Shown piece after piece: positions 1 to 11,848 of a DNA stretch of 64,000 nucleotides (its first letter is position 1; every line of letters starts with the position of its first letter). Made by a program: the position numbers and the translations under genes. The notes beneath the pieces were generated by a model that saw only the letters and a program-made list of their open reading frames with translations, was not told the origin of the DNA and did not search any database. This DNA comes from Setoptus koraiensis (Eukaryota; Animalia; Arthropoda), in the NCBI GenBank assembly GCA_048013815.1, contig CM106585.1:15438001-15502000 (forward strand), read 5' to 3'.

Positions 1-1826
1 GGGGGCAAGGTGTCTAGGGTGTTGAGTGTGGGACCACGGGGGAAGGTGGGCGGTGTGTCGGCCACGCGAACTGGTGCTCGAGTGGGGTCGTAAGGGGTAT
101 CGGTGAGACCGGTGCCGGGACGGCGTTGTGGCCGGGCGGTTTTGGGGTGACGGAGGCCCCGTCGGTGGTAATGATGTCTAGGGGGGGGCGGCGAGGTAAT
201 AGTCTGGGTGGGATCTGACAGGGTTGGGTTGTGCTCGGGCAGTCATGCTTGGACTTGGTTTCGACCTCGATGTGGCGGAGGCGCTCTGGGGGGGAGGGCG
301 TTGGGGGTGGTAGCAGAGAGGGGCGGGGCCGTCTCGAGGGGAAGGCCGGGGAGTGGGTGGGAGGGAGGGGTGCCGGTTGGTGTTTGTGAGAGGTCTTTGT
401 TGAAGTTGGGGGAGGTGGTGGGTAGATTTCCCCCGGGGCGGTCGCTGTGCTGGGTTATTGGTGCGGTTGTTGGTTAAGCCACCGGGGACAGGGAGTGCTG
501 GGAGAATGAACAGGATGGAGCTCTGGAAACTGGAGTGGGAGTGGGTTCCGTGGGCTCGTGGTGGAGTGGGGGGGGGTCCGTGCGGTAGGGGGGCGTAGGT
601 TGTGGGGTGGTAGACCTAGGTGTGGTGTCAAGCCTGGGATTAGTGTGACTGTAGAGCGGAGTTTTGGCTCGGTTGCCTCCTCCGTCCAGTAAGACGGGAG
701 CGGACCGGTAAGCTGCAGTGGGGATATCAGGCGGCAGGGTCGTCCGTGTGGGGCACAGAATGCGACACCGTGTGTGCGGGTAGGGATGGACCCTGGCACT
801 TGAGGTTGGCGTACCCACCGTTCGTAATTTAGAGAGTAGCCGTAGTGTGTGGAGTTGGTCGGGCAGGCGATGTCTGTCTTGCCGGGGGTGGGGGGTCGGT
901 GCGTAGGCAGGTGTGGGGGCTCCTCATGGGGGGGGGTGGCGGCCGGTGGTTCGGGCCCGCGGCGGGGGGGGTGACGTGAGAGCCGGGGGGGGGTAGGAGT
1001 CGGGGAGGGTACGAGTTAGGTTGGTGGTCTCAGTCGTGCGGGGTGCGGTGGGTGATTGGAGCTTTGCGCGTTGGGCTTCGGTTGTGTGGGGGGTGGGGGG
1101 GAGGCAGGGGTGAAAAGGGGAGGGGTATGTAGGGGGATAGGGGGTGGAGACGAGCCGGGGTTGGTATCGTTGGGCGTGGGGGAAAGGGTAGGTGAGTCCC
1201 CCCACCCCCCCCCAGGGGGCAGGTGGTGGCCGGCGGGAGGAGCCGGGGGTCAGGTGTGGGAGACACCGAGAGTGAGGGGGGGGGTCTTCAACCCAGTTGG
1301 GGTGTGGGGGGCTCGGGTCCGGGAGTTAGGTAGGGTGCTATGGCTGCCCAAGGCGTGGGTTGTGCAGGGCGCTCAAGGGCGATGGGTGTTTGTCGGGGAG
1401 GGTGGGGTGCTAATTGAGGGTTCGGACTGGGGTGTGGCGCAGGGGTGTTGGGAGGGCTGGGCAGGGGTGCTGGAGACGGGCGTGTTGTGTGGCCCCCCTA
1501 GTGGACACTGCCTGGGTGCGGTGTGGGGTGCCGGGGGGGGGTGTGTGAAGTAAGTTTTTAATCGAGGCGGTTTGAGTCAGGTACCGGTCCGTATGGGGTG
1601 GTGGGCTGGCGGCTGAGCGAGGGTTGTTGGGCGGTGGTGGTAGGGGGATGAGCTCCGGGCGGGTGGGGCGGGGGGGTGTGGTGCCACAGATTTGGCGTTC
1701 GGAGCCCGACCCTTGGTTAGATGGGGAGCGGTGTACGGGGTCGGTGTCTAGTTTCGGGGGCTTCTGTAGGGCCGGTTGGTGAGGATACCACTTCGGGACT
1801 GGCTGTTGGGGTTGTTGTAGTGTCAG
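1..1826. other. Extremely G-skewed low-complexity tract, probably a noisy or unpolished contig end
   Basis: Dense G-runs with no credible ORF. Abrupt switch at about 1827 to a T-rich tract (1827-1959) that directly abuts the premature end of the REXO1 frame. Confidence 0.6.
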
Positions 1827-1959
1827 CTTTCCCCTTTATTTAATTTCTTATACAGTCCGTTTATTTCATTCTATTACTATATTTTTATAATTAAATTGCT
1901 TTACAATTATTCTTTTTTTATTTTCGTTTACAAACTTTTTTTAATATTTTTTTGTCTTT

Positions 1960-3411
1960 TTACTCATGCATCAATGTTCTCAGAGCCCGTTTATAAGGTA
2001 GTCCTCTTTTGTGCGGAAAAACGTAAGCCGTGTCAATTACGTTCTTATGAATTAACTTGAGTGCTTTCAAATCACTTTCCAAACTATGTCCAACTAGTAT
2101 GGTTTTAGTGCTAAATAATTCTAGTAGATCGGTTTGAACATCGACTAATGTAGTCTGTATATCATCCAAATCTCCCTCATTTATACCACTAAATCTGCTG
2201 TTATAATCTAGAATATTGTTAGTAGGCTTGACAAGTTTCTCATAAACTGTCTTAAATTTGTGATCTATAACTGTTATTCTAGTTAGTTCCAAACCAATAG
2301 TTGTGTAACACATCTCACAATCCAATGCATATATTCCATGATTGGCTGGGTGCGTTCCGAATTTAGGCTGAGTGCAAACAAAACCTTGTCTATTATCAAT
2401 CTCATATTCTCCTCTATGGACATGGTATTTACTCGTGCTGCACCCAGACGAATTTATGTCACCCTTACAACATGAATACCTTCTTTCCATGCTTCTGTTC
2501 ACTGTGTATGGTTTGGTATAAGGAGCATATAAATAGATGTTTTTAAGTGAGATACTGCTCTCTTATGTGGTTTTTCTGCTGTTTTACAACTGGTTAGATC
2601 AATAGAAAAGATGGGTACAGATCAAATACAATACCTCGAGTGTTCCATAAGCGACCATTGTGATAAATGCAAGACGAAATTGTAACAGGCATTCGAAACT
2701 CGTCTACTTTGTACAACTTTTTACAACGGTCACAAGTATAAGACTCGGCCGGTGTTGTTCGAACGGGAGGAAAATTTGGCAGAATAGCAAGTCCTGGAGT
2801 GTCAGGATCCTCAGATGGGTAGCCGTGCGGAGTTAGACACGACTCTGGCATGACGTACTGTGTCAGTCTCAGATATAGCTCTTTATCTGACAACTCTCCG
2901 GGATCCTCGACTCTGGCCTTCTTCTGTATGCTGAATGTTCCACACACCTTGCCAGTCAATATTTCGCTATGTGACACAACTTTGTTGCCATTCACATAAC
3001 TTGGTATGGATAGATAGAAAAAGAAATCGGTTAGATAAATAAATGTAAATAGTTAGAATAGAAAAATGTTGAAGCTCGAGCTAAATGTATGACTCACCCA
3101 GTATCGTTGTCGGACACGATAGTCTTGACGCCGGCCTTGTCTCTAATTCGTTTTACCAAATTAGCCATTAGATTCATGTAGATCATTCTGCTTGAGGCTC
3201 GGTCGGCGATTTTCTTCTCTTCGTTGAGTGCCTCTGAATATGCCTCCTCTTCTTTGGTTCCCCCCTTGAGGTATTCATCGATGATAGTCTGTAGGCCAGA
3301 TAGACGGGCCGCGGATGGAACCTTCCTACTCAAGCCCAATGGCACTCGTGGCCTTTTGTCGGCCGGCGGCCTGGCTGGTGCCTTGTGGGCTATTCGTGGT
3401 TTCACGTCCAT
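1960..3411 (-). CDS. REXO1: RNA exonuclease 1 homolog (DEDDh 3'-5' exonuclease), 3 exons, 3' end apparently truncated
   Basis: Exons 3411-3098, 2999-2635 and 2501-1960 join in frame (GTGAGT/CAAG and GTATTG/CACAG junctions; 406 aa). Contains the REXO1 helical domain (KVP...IIDEYLK...EALNEEK...IYMN), the Cys/His region (CDRC...CIYHNG...YSCC...GC...HVH), ExoI ALDCEMCYT and ExoII VGHSLESDLKAL. The ExoIII H..EDA motif is missing before the TAA. Confidence 0.9.
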
Positions 3412-3531
3412 TGGTTTGTGCTAATTTATTATATATATAGAGAGAGAGGGGTTTCTTCTGTCGTTTCTCTCGTCAACGTTAGATCTGACAATAAGTGAGT
3501 GACAATAGTCGGTGACAATAGAACAAATTCT

Positions 3532-5127
3532 ATGCTAGTTATTGTTGGCCCTTCCTCTGGCGTGCATCATTGTGCTAACTGGTGCTGTGATTTCATCGAG
3601 ACAGAGAACGAGATGCAACACTTTCAAGGGTGACAGCAATTATGATACGATTATTATTGTTAAATTATCTATTATTATATTTATCATTATCATTGCCAGA
3701 TATTGAAGGTGAGTGTTGAGCCGTCCCTGTTGCATCGCCTATGAATATAATATGAATAGTTGATGTCATCGGTGTACGGCCAATACGTACAGAGATGTTA
3801 CACTTGAGCTGTACTGTTTTTTCCTGTTTTCTTTGCAACTTGCAACTTGCAGTTCCTCAGATCAACTGCACACACAAACACGACCAAAACAAACTTTAAA
3901 TAGATCAGCTGTTCTTGGCATCTTCCATAGTGAAGTTCGGCCGAATGCCAAATATTGGGACCTGTGAGCGAGCGCACCATTTGAATTGGCAAAAATCATT
4001 AGACATGTTAGGGTTTTGTGAGAGCGTTATTTGAACTTACAAGACTTGTGAGTTTTTTACTAGCGTTTTCTTTCGCCTCAGAACCTGGATAGTTCAGAAC
4101 AACCAGAGTCTGGCCCGTAGGCGTGTCATCGAGAAAGAGGTTTACCTTGTAAGTTTAGATTGGTGTTCGAAGGCGAAGAATTGCCCTCATTTGTGATCAT
4201 CCCAAAACCTATAGCACATTGGCCAGCGCCACAATTTTGCGCTCCAGAGAACTCATTGAAGCATATTGTCTCCTCAATCCAGCCATCAGACAGAATTGAG
4301 ACCATCGTTGAATTTGTTAGGCTCGGGATCGCTGATGTTCACTTGATGTATGTTGATGATGATAGAGACGATGAATTAAGGGATTTCATCATAGCTAATC
4401 ATTATTGAGATTGACAGTGTGATGCAGACAAGCGGAGAGCAGGTACTCTGGACAAACAAGCGCCATTGTCCGTGCAAACAAACAATGCTGACCAAACCAA
4501 ACCACAACACTTTCGCTACCGCGCTTCTCCAGTTAACAATCCCGTTAATGCGGCGTGACCCGTGCCTAGAGCAGGTGAGGGTGCAAAGAAAGGAAAGGTA
4601 ATACCTTTTCCGGTATCAGGGCACCATACCCTACCCAACAATACCCAAAATATCCAAATTGGGCGTGGTACGTATTCCGAAGAACAACCCAATAAATTTA
4701 TATCCATTCTATAGTAAACATACAAAGTCCCAACTAAACTTCTCTCATATACACGCACAACGCTTTGCAAGCGTCGCTTGCCCATTATCATCTGTTCATT
4801 TCAACGTGGCTCTACTTCAACGACCTGTCCAACTCGCCCAAATGATCGAGCGCGACAACTTGGCCCCGCCAGGCCTCTTTGATTCGTCTGTTGTTCGGCC
4901 GAGCAATCTCGATTGTATTTGTGACAGATACATTCGGTCGTAGTATTGAATTAATCTTGGCGACGAGAATTGATATGGCGCTACAGTTGACGGTTGAGCG
5001 ATGCCGAGGCATCAAGATGAGCATATCCGAGCGCAAGAATGCTTGTTGTTCGTCTAGATTGGCGGAGCTTGCGAACGAAAGGGTTCGTAACGAACCGCTC
5101 GTTTGGAGCGGATCCAACAACGTTTAG
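3532..5127. CDS. Unresolved small multi-exon gene candidate with no recognisable family
   Basis: The + strand has phase-compatible splice pairs (e.g. exons 3861-3963 and 4082-4148 give ...AVLGIFHSEVRPNAKYWDL/TWIVQNNQSLARRRVIEKEVYL). The - strand also has a phase-compatible intron giving VNLFLDDTPTGQTLVVLNYPG...LTSL/VPIFGIRPNFTMEDAKNS*. The strand cannot be decided by eye. Confidence 0.3.
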
Positions 5128-5451
5128 CTTACCGAAAGAGGCTGCACATATGCATCAGTGAGGAGGAGATGAATATTCATCTGTGCTGGAGTTAGGTGCC
5201 CATGTTTAAATCGCTTTCATATGTCAGAATTAGTAGAGGAGTTGCTGCTGTCATTGCTGACAATCATTGTTTATGAATGACAACATTACATAATGCAATT
5301 TAAATTGGGCTCACGAGCTTGCAAACTGACGATAATTCGACCCTCTGGTTTTCGTTGCTTGCATCAGGCCCAGTTCGCTTGTGCTATTTTATACAGTGGG
5401 TATAATTAGAACGACGAAATAATTATCATGGCGCTGTTATTGAATTGCAGC

Positions 5452-5452
<1 letters not shown>

Positions 5453-5522
<70 letters not shown>
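5453..5522. repeat. (AG)35 microsatellite
   Basis: Uninterrupted AG dinucleotide run. Confidence 0.95.
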
Positions 5523-5526
<4 letters not shown>

Positions 5527-8500
5527 GACGAAATGAGATGAATGGGAACAGATAGGGACTGCTCGCTGATTTTGCACACAACAAATGAAGGCTATTTTCG
5601 TATGGCGAGCGAGGGTGGCGGTTTTGTGTCGGCGCAAAGTTTGATCGTTCGTTTTGATCAATGCAATTCAATTCAATGTTCTTCATGTTCCAGACAAATC
5701 AATTCCTAACAAACATCAATCAATCAATTTTCACACTGCCAGCCACCAAGACATCTGCCGCCGTCCAGCGCTTGCCGGCCGACTCGCCACTCGCTGCTGG
5801 CAGATTATTTTGCAGAGAGCGAGAGAGTGTAATCGTGTGCAAAGACGGCAGACGGATTGGCCAAAAGAATCAACATGTGCGATAATAGTGTATTGTACAA
5901 TCGACAATGGACTCAGAGCGAGCCAGCTAGCCAGACAGTTGGAACAATAACATGACCATTCTGCAATGCAATTGGCAAGCTGGCTCGATGCGCTGAGTCT
6001 TTATCGACAAGGGCCAAAAACAATTGTGAAGCGGCTCGACTGAGGCTAGATTGTTAACAACAATAATAATGGATTAGGGACCGGACTATGTTGCGCGAAG
6101 GGCCGGCCGGCGGTCGGCACCCTGTCTCGAGCTTTTCGGTTATTTTTATCGTCGCCGCTACCGCTGAGCTCCGCACAGCCCAGAGCCGGCTTGCGATGTC
6201 ATTCTGACCGTTCATGTCAATACCCCGGCGCATGCGATTTGTTTGGATGCAAATCGCAAATCGCAGCACCCCGAGCGTCTCGCTTGGGGGGGGTGGGGGT
6301 GAACTTGAACTGGTGGCCCGGCCCGGCTAGCAGTTGTTGGACGTTTTCAGCAACGACGACACACAGTGTTGATTGCCGAACGGAATGGCAGCAATGATGC
6401 AAGCAAAAGCAAAGCGCTGCCCAGATTGCTTTCGTTTCATTGTATTCCTGTTTTATGGCGCTGCTTTAATTACGCAATCGTTGGTGACAAGCAGACGTAG
6501 CGCGGCTGTTGGCTCGGCATTTCTCGGCAGGCTGTCCAATGATTCAATATAGTAATCTCCGATCGGAGGCGCACTAATGTCGCCACAATAATGATGACGA
6601 TGGCAGTGCCGTCGTATCTGTCAAATGATGTGTGTGTGTGTGTGTGTGATTTGTATCACTTCATCGTCGCTGGCCGATCGAGTGTTTGCGGCAGGTGAGC
6701 AAACAATGCAGTGCGATGATATCTGGTACCACTTGACACCGACTGGCAAGCAATGCGCTGGCGATGTTACCACTTTCACGCCAATTTTGCGACAGCCACA
6801 GCAATCATCGGCATTTTTGCATCGCCTCGACAAATGTGTGGGGGCAAATGTTGTTTTGCGACAAACAATGTCGCTAGACAGCATCGGCGTGACAGAGGGG
6901 CAAACATGGGAGCGCTGGCCGATTGGCACTGTTATCAGCGCAACTATTGTCAACTATCATGCGCTGAGATGAGCCACTACAACAACTCGTCGCAATCGGA
7001 CGCTAATTACCATTTCAATTGCATGCACTGTCGGCTCCGGCGGAGCCGACGATGATCACAATTCGGTTCACAACTGGGGCCGGTTGGGGATCGTGCGGGG
7101 CGCACTCAAACTCGGTCGGGCCGTGCCAGCCGACAGTGTCTCGCCGTGCGGAGTGGTGTCGCCACCGGCGCGGACACGGGCGCGAATGACTGGGCCACAA
7201 TTCCGAGAACAAACAGCAGAAACCTGTTACTGCCATGAGCCTGTCCGCCAGTTCTCCAGTTCCAGGAAAGCGCCGCCAGCTAGCGCTGCGCGCACACACA
7301 CGCCCGCCGATTGCAAGCTGGCAAGACACCCAGCGGAGTGGCCGCCGGGTGTCACGGGACACTGCGGGCGACCGCTCTGAGCAGCCTGTTGCTGGTGGCG
7401 ACTCGCGACCATTGTCGACTGGCGGGCCGCCCAGACAGCGGGCCGAACAGCCCCGGGTGGACACTGTCAAATGAATAGTGTTGATCGAAGTTGCGAAAAG
7501 AGCGCGCTCAGGCGGACAGTTGCGTCTCGTCGGACGGCAACCAGGGGTCGCTGTCGCTAATTACCAATCAGCGTGATTGCTGGCCATGGCTGGCCGTGGC
7601 TGGCCGTGGCTGGCGAGCGGCCGGCGCTGGGCTCGGGATCGGCGAGCGTGATGATGATTGTCGCGCGTTTTCAGCTGCCTTGGGCGCGCGTTGGTTGGGC
7701 GCCGACACTAAAAATGGCTGGCACATTAGTGGTGAGTTATTATATAGACACGAGTATCGAACGCGAGAATTTTCCATGTCCAACGAACACACGCATAAGC
7801 TCACGGCGTAGCTGTCGTGTGTGTGTGTGTGTGTGTGTGTTGTCGGTCGTGGAGGAACGAACAGAGCGAGTGTTGGCTGCCTCGACTTACTCATATGGGC
7901 AACATACGACTCGCATGATACGAGCAACAGCGACGACGACAACAACAAGTTACACTCGTTCGCTCGAACTGGTCGTGTTCGCTGTCAAGTTCTATCAACT
8001 ACACACTTCTGTTAACTATGCAGTGCGCACTAATGCGATTCATGGCTCATTTTTGATATTTTCATTTCGGGCCTGTTCGATTGCTTGCTCCTCGAGCGCG
8101 CATTCTACATTTCACTGCAACAATTCTGCATTCTACGCTTTCTACATTGGATACGTTGATTCGATCCGACTTGCGAGCATATCTTACAGCTCGACTGGCA
8201 GCTTGTTGTTGATCGGCGTTGCCAGCGACAACGTGCGCGACTCGCAACGCGGCTCGCCGAAACGACCAGCGATCGAACAAGCGAGCGAGCGAACAAACGA
8301 ACAAACGAACGAGCGAACAAACGAACGAATGCGGCAATTAAATGGCTGGTGTGCGCCATATGATGATGAGTCACAACGGCGCGCATTGGTTGCCACAAGC
8401 GCTGCAAGTGTTGCGCTACAAGACTTTTTACTTGTAATTCTAATTTTACTTGTAATTCTGATTCTATTTGTGATTCTGATTCTACATTACACTTGCGCAG

Positions 8501-8849
8501 CATTGCCTACTGTAGAATTAGAGTTGCAAGAGTATGGAACGGTAGTGGCGAAAATGATAATGAGCTCGGTGTGTGCGCACTTGGCGGCGAACTGCGTCAG
8601 TCTCGTTGATCGCTGATGGTTAATCTGTGCGCTTTCAACACACACACGCACACACACGCGCCCTAATCCAGTTGCGCTAGTTTGCATGCAGACGGCGAAT
8701 AGCAAATAGTGGCAACAAATAGCAAACATTCGCCGGGCCGGCATCAATCAAAACTGTCCCTCCTGTGTGTGTGTGTGTGCGCGCGCAATCGTTACTCAAC
8801 ACAACTCTTGTGGTCGCGCCGCGCCGCGCCAGCCGCCATCTTGGCCTGG

Positions 8850-8954
8850 GCACTAAAAGTTCGATTGGCCCGACCAGTGAAAATTCGATTCGCCCGAGCA
8901 CTGAAAGTTCGATTTGCGCGAGCACTGAAAGTTCGATTGGCCCGAGCACGAAAG
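8850..8954. repeat. 24-bp minisatellite, about 4.3 copies (GCACTGAAAGTTCGATTGGCCCGA)
   Basis: Units start at 8850, 8874, 8898, 8922 and 8946 (partial). Confidence 0.9.
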
Positions 8955-9174
8955 CGCAAGCCGGGCCGACAGTTTTGCATTGACGACAATTAGTGGCACT
9001 TGCACGACTTGCCGCTGCACGCTGCATCCAGCTTATATAACCACTGCAGTGTGCAACTGCTAAATATGCCAGTAAAATATCGCAGTAAAATATATAAACT
9101 ATATGAAATGACGATGGCAGCTATGACGCGCTGTCGGCAGCGTGCGACATCGTGTTATAGCTGACCGAGGGGCG

Positions 9175-9257
9175 TATATATGGCCAGCAGAGCTGTTGCA
9201 AAATGTTGGCCAGTGCCGCGCCAGTAGAACTTTTCGTCAGTGTTCGTCAGTGTAAGT
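9175..9257 (+). promoter_or_regulatory. Possible promoter and 5' UTR first exon of the furin gene
   Basis: TATATAT at 9175-9181, two TCAGT Inr-like motifs and a GTAAGT donor at 9252. Motif-level evidence only. Confidence 0.25.
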
Positions 9258-11848
9258 GAGTGAGTGTTGGTGTCGGTGTTAGCGTTAGCGTTACCGAGTG
9301 CGCGAGTGTGTGTGCTGGGCAAATGGTTCTACTGTTGTGTGTAACTCGGTGCCGCTCCAAGGTGCGCACAGCAACAGTCACCGCTGGATAGTGTGCCTAT
9401 TGGATATAGAGAGTGTGTGTGTGTGCGATAGAACAAAGATTGTCAGTGTGTTCAAACAGCCATGTGCGTGTAGTGTGTGTGTGTGTGTGTGTGTGTTGCA
9501 TGCACACACACACACTCACACACGGCGAGAGAGGGAAACAAAGGGGGAGGCGCTGTGGGCGAACAAAGAGCGAGAGAGAGTGCAGCACTGAAATGATCTA
9601 ACACACACAGCGAACAAGCGAACCGGGCTTATCTGTTCCACCAATCTGAGCGTGTGTGTGTGTGTGTGTGCGAATCGAACATTACTGAACGCACAGCGAA
9701 CTATGCAGCGAACGAATTCGCCAGCACCAGCGACAGTGTGTGCAGAGGACCGTTTTAGTTGGCTTTGTGCACCTCACGAGGCAACATCTCGCACATCGGC
9801 AGCGGCAGTGTCACCGACAAGACGGCAGCGAATTAACAACAAACCCACAGCAAACCCACATCAAACCTGCGACAAACCAGCGACAAACCAACAACAACTC
9901 AACAACAACTCAACAACGAATCAAGGTAGACATCCCGGCAAACACAGTTGTTTCCACAGTAGCCATCAACTTTTGCACCATTGCCAGCGCTAAAGCCTTT
10001 CAACCGCCAGCACACGAGCAACATCTGAGTAATTACTATTATTGACAATCAGATAATTATCGGCACTATTTAATTGTTGCAACAAGCGAGCAGCCAGCCA
10101 TTGTGGGCAACTGGAAGAGAGAAATTTAAATAGGAAAATCGATAGAAAATTAGCAAACATAGTGATAAATGCGCAGGGCGAACACAAGAGAATAAATAGC
10201 TACCATTGTGATTGCATGCGCGTTTAAAAGTATTCCAGCGATGGCAAAAAACATCGCCATTAGTGTCACATTATCATTCTCGTGAAAAGATTATTGTTGA
10301 TACGCGAATAGTCGTCGTCGTCGTTGTCGTCTTGGCCGTCGCAATCGTCAATGCTCAAGACACCCATTGATTATTTAGTTGCACACAACAAGACACATCA
10401 CATCCATTATCATCATCGCTTTGAGTGTATCTCGCTGTGAGTGTGCGACATTCGTATATGTTGATTGAGCCAGTGAGCTTGGGATCTAGTTGTGCGCACA
10501 TTTAGAACATAGCGCCGCCGTCAGTTTATCACTAGCATTGTATCGCAAGCACTGTATCACAAGCATGTTGTCACAGTCTTACACTGTACTGAATTGAATT
10601 GAATATTACTATATCAAATATCGTCACGAAAAAACCGACAAGACCGACAAGATAAGCCGCGGCGAAGAGTCTCTCCATTGCAAGTGTCTATGGCAATGAT
10701 TCAAGCAAGTGAATTGAGTCTATCGTCAGGACACCACAACAAGCGTCACACACTTTTGTCAACAGAGCAACTTCGATTGTGCAACAACGACAGCAGCAGC
10801 AGCAACAACAACAACAGCAACAACAGCAACAAAAATCAACAAGATCAATTAATAACGCGATCATCCGTCGCCACCTATGATACAGTGAAAGCATCAAGTT
10901 GGACATGATACAATAAAGCGCTCGCCAAAACCATTTGCTGGCCGTTGTCGCACCAGTAATACACCGCTGATAACAGCCCATGTTGCACGCCCGCATAGTC
11001 CAATAATCGCTGCAAAGGTTAATTGGCAACTGCAAACTGCACGCCCGGCTTCATCGGCCATCAACAGATATAAATAGAGTGCGACTTAGTTGCATGTTCG
11101 ATAGAGTTGGCGCAGCTAATCGCAAATCGCCATCATCGTCACAATCGACACGAGCTAACACACGTGATATTTAATTATACTCAGGTTCGCCCACACACAC
11201 ACACACACACTCACACACACCAGTACACCTACCCACATTGGGGGATCAACTAACGGACTTTCGAGCGAGAGAGCTCTGGCGTGGTGGATTCGAAGCGAAG
11301 CGCGCACGCATTGCAAACAGAGAGCACATAGAGAATAGACAGAAAAAATATACAGATTATCGCCAACAACGGACGCCAGTTGCCATGACCACATTGTAAA
11401 TCGGCGATTCTCTCTACATGTGGATCACAGGGGCGAACGCCATGATCAAACACCACCCGCCACTCATCTCATCGCATCTAACTGGCGCTTATTGCCGCAT
11501 CAACTAATAGCAGCACTAGCGCTACTCATAGCTATTTTGCAATCACAGTGTGATCATCGTTGCAAATTGGTTAATTCGACCATGGTCATAATAAGCATAT
11601 TGCACCATGCTACTCAATGATTCACCAGCAGCACCAGCAGAGAAAAAGAAAAAGTTTCACTAATCATCATCATCGTCAAGTTAACGCAAAAAATATAAGT
11701 AAGAAAATTTTGCCAAAATCTCATGAAATTCGTCATATGAAATCAATTATATCGCACACACACACGCTGAAGAAGACAAACGCACTTTGCTCTCCGATAG
11801 CAAATCAACTTTTTCAAACCACATCAATTAGCTTCCAATTAGCACGAA

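Noticed and set aside
208-1553. Several G/P-rich ORFs in the first 1.6 kb
   Set aside because: They are by-products of the extreme G skew, have no domain-like content, and lie in a region that is probably an artefact.
7573-8616. 347-aa ORF on the + strand
   Set aside because: It runs through (TG)n, (AAC)n and CGAA repeats, has no recognisable domain and has patchwork composition.
8850-8954. GTTCGA in the 24-bp repeat resembling a Pol III B-box or tRNA T-loop, or CRISPR-like periodicity
   Set aside because: There is no cloverleaf or A-box, no unique spacers and no cas genes. It is a simple minisatellite.
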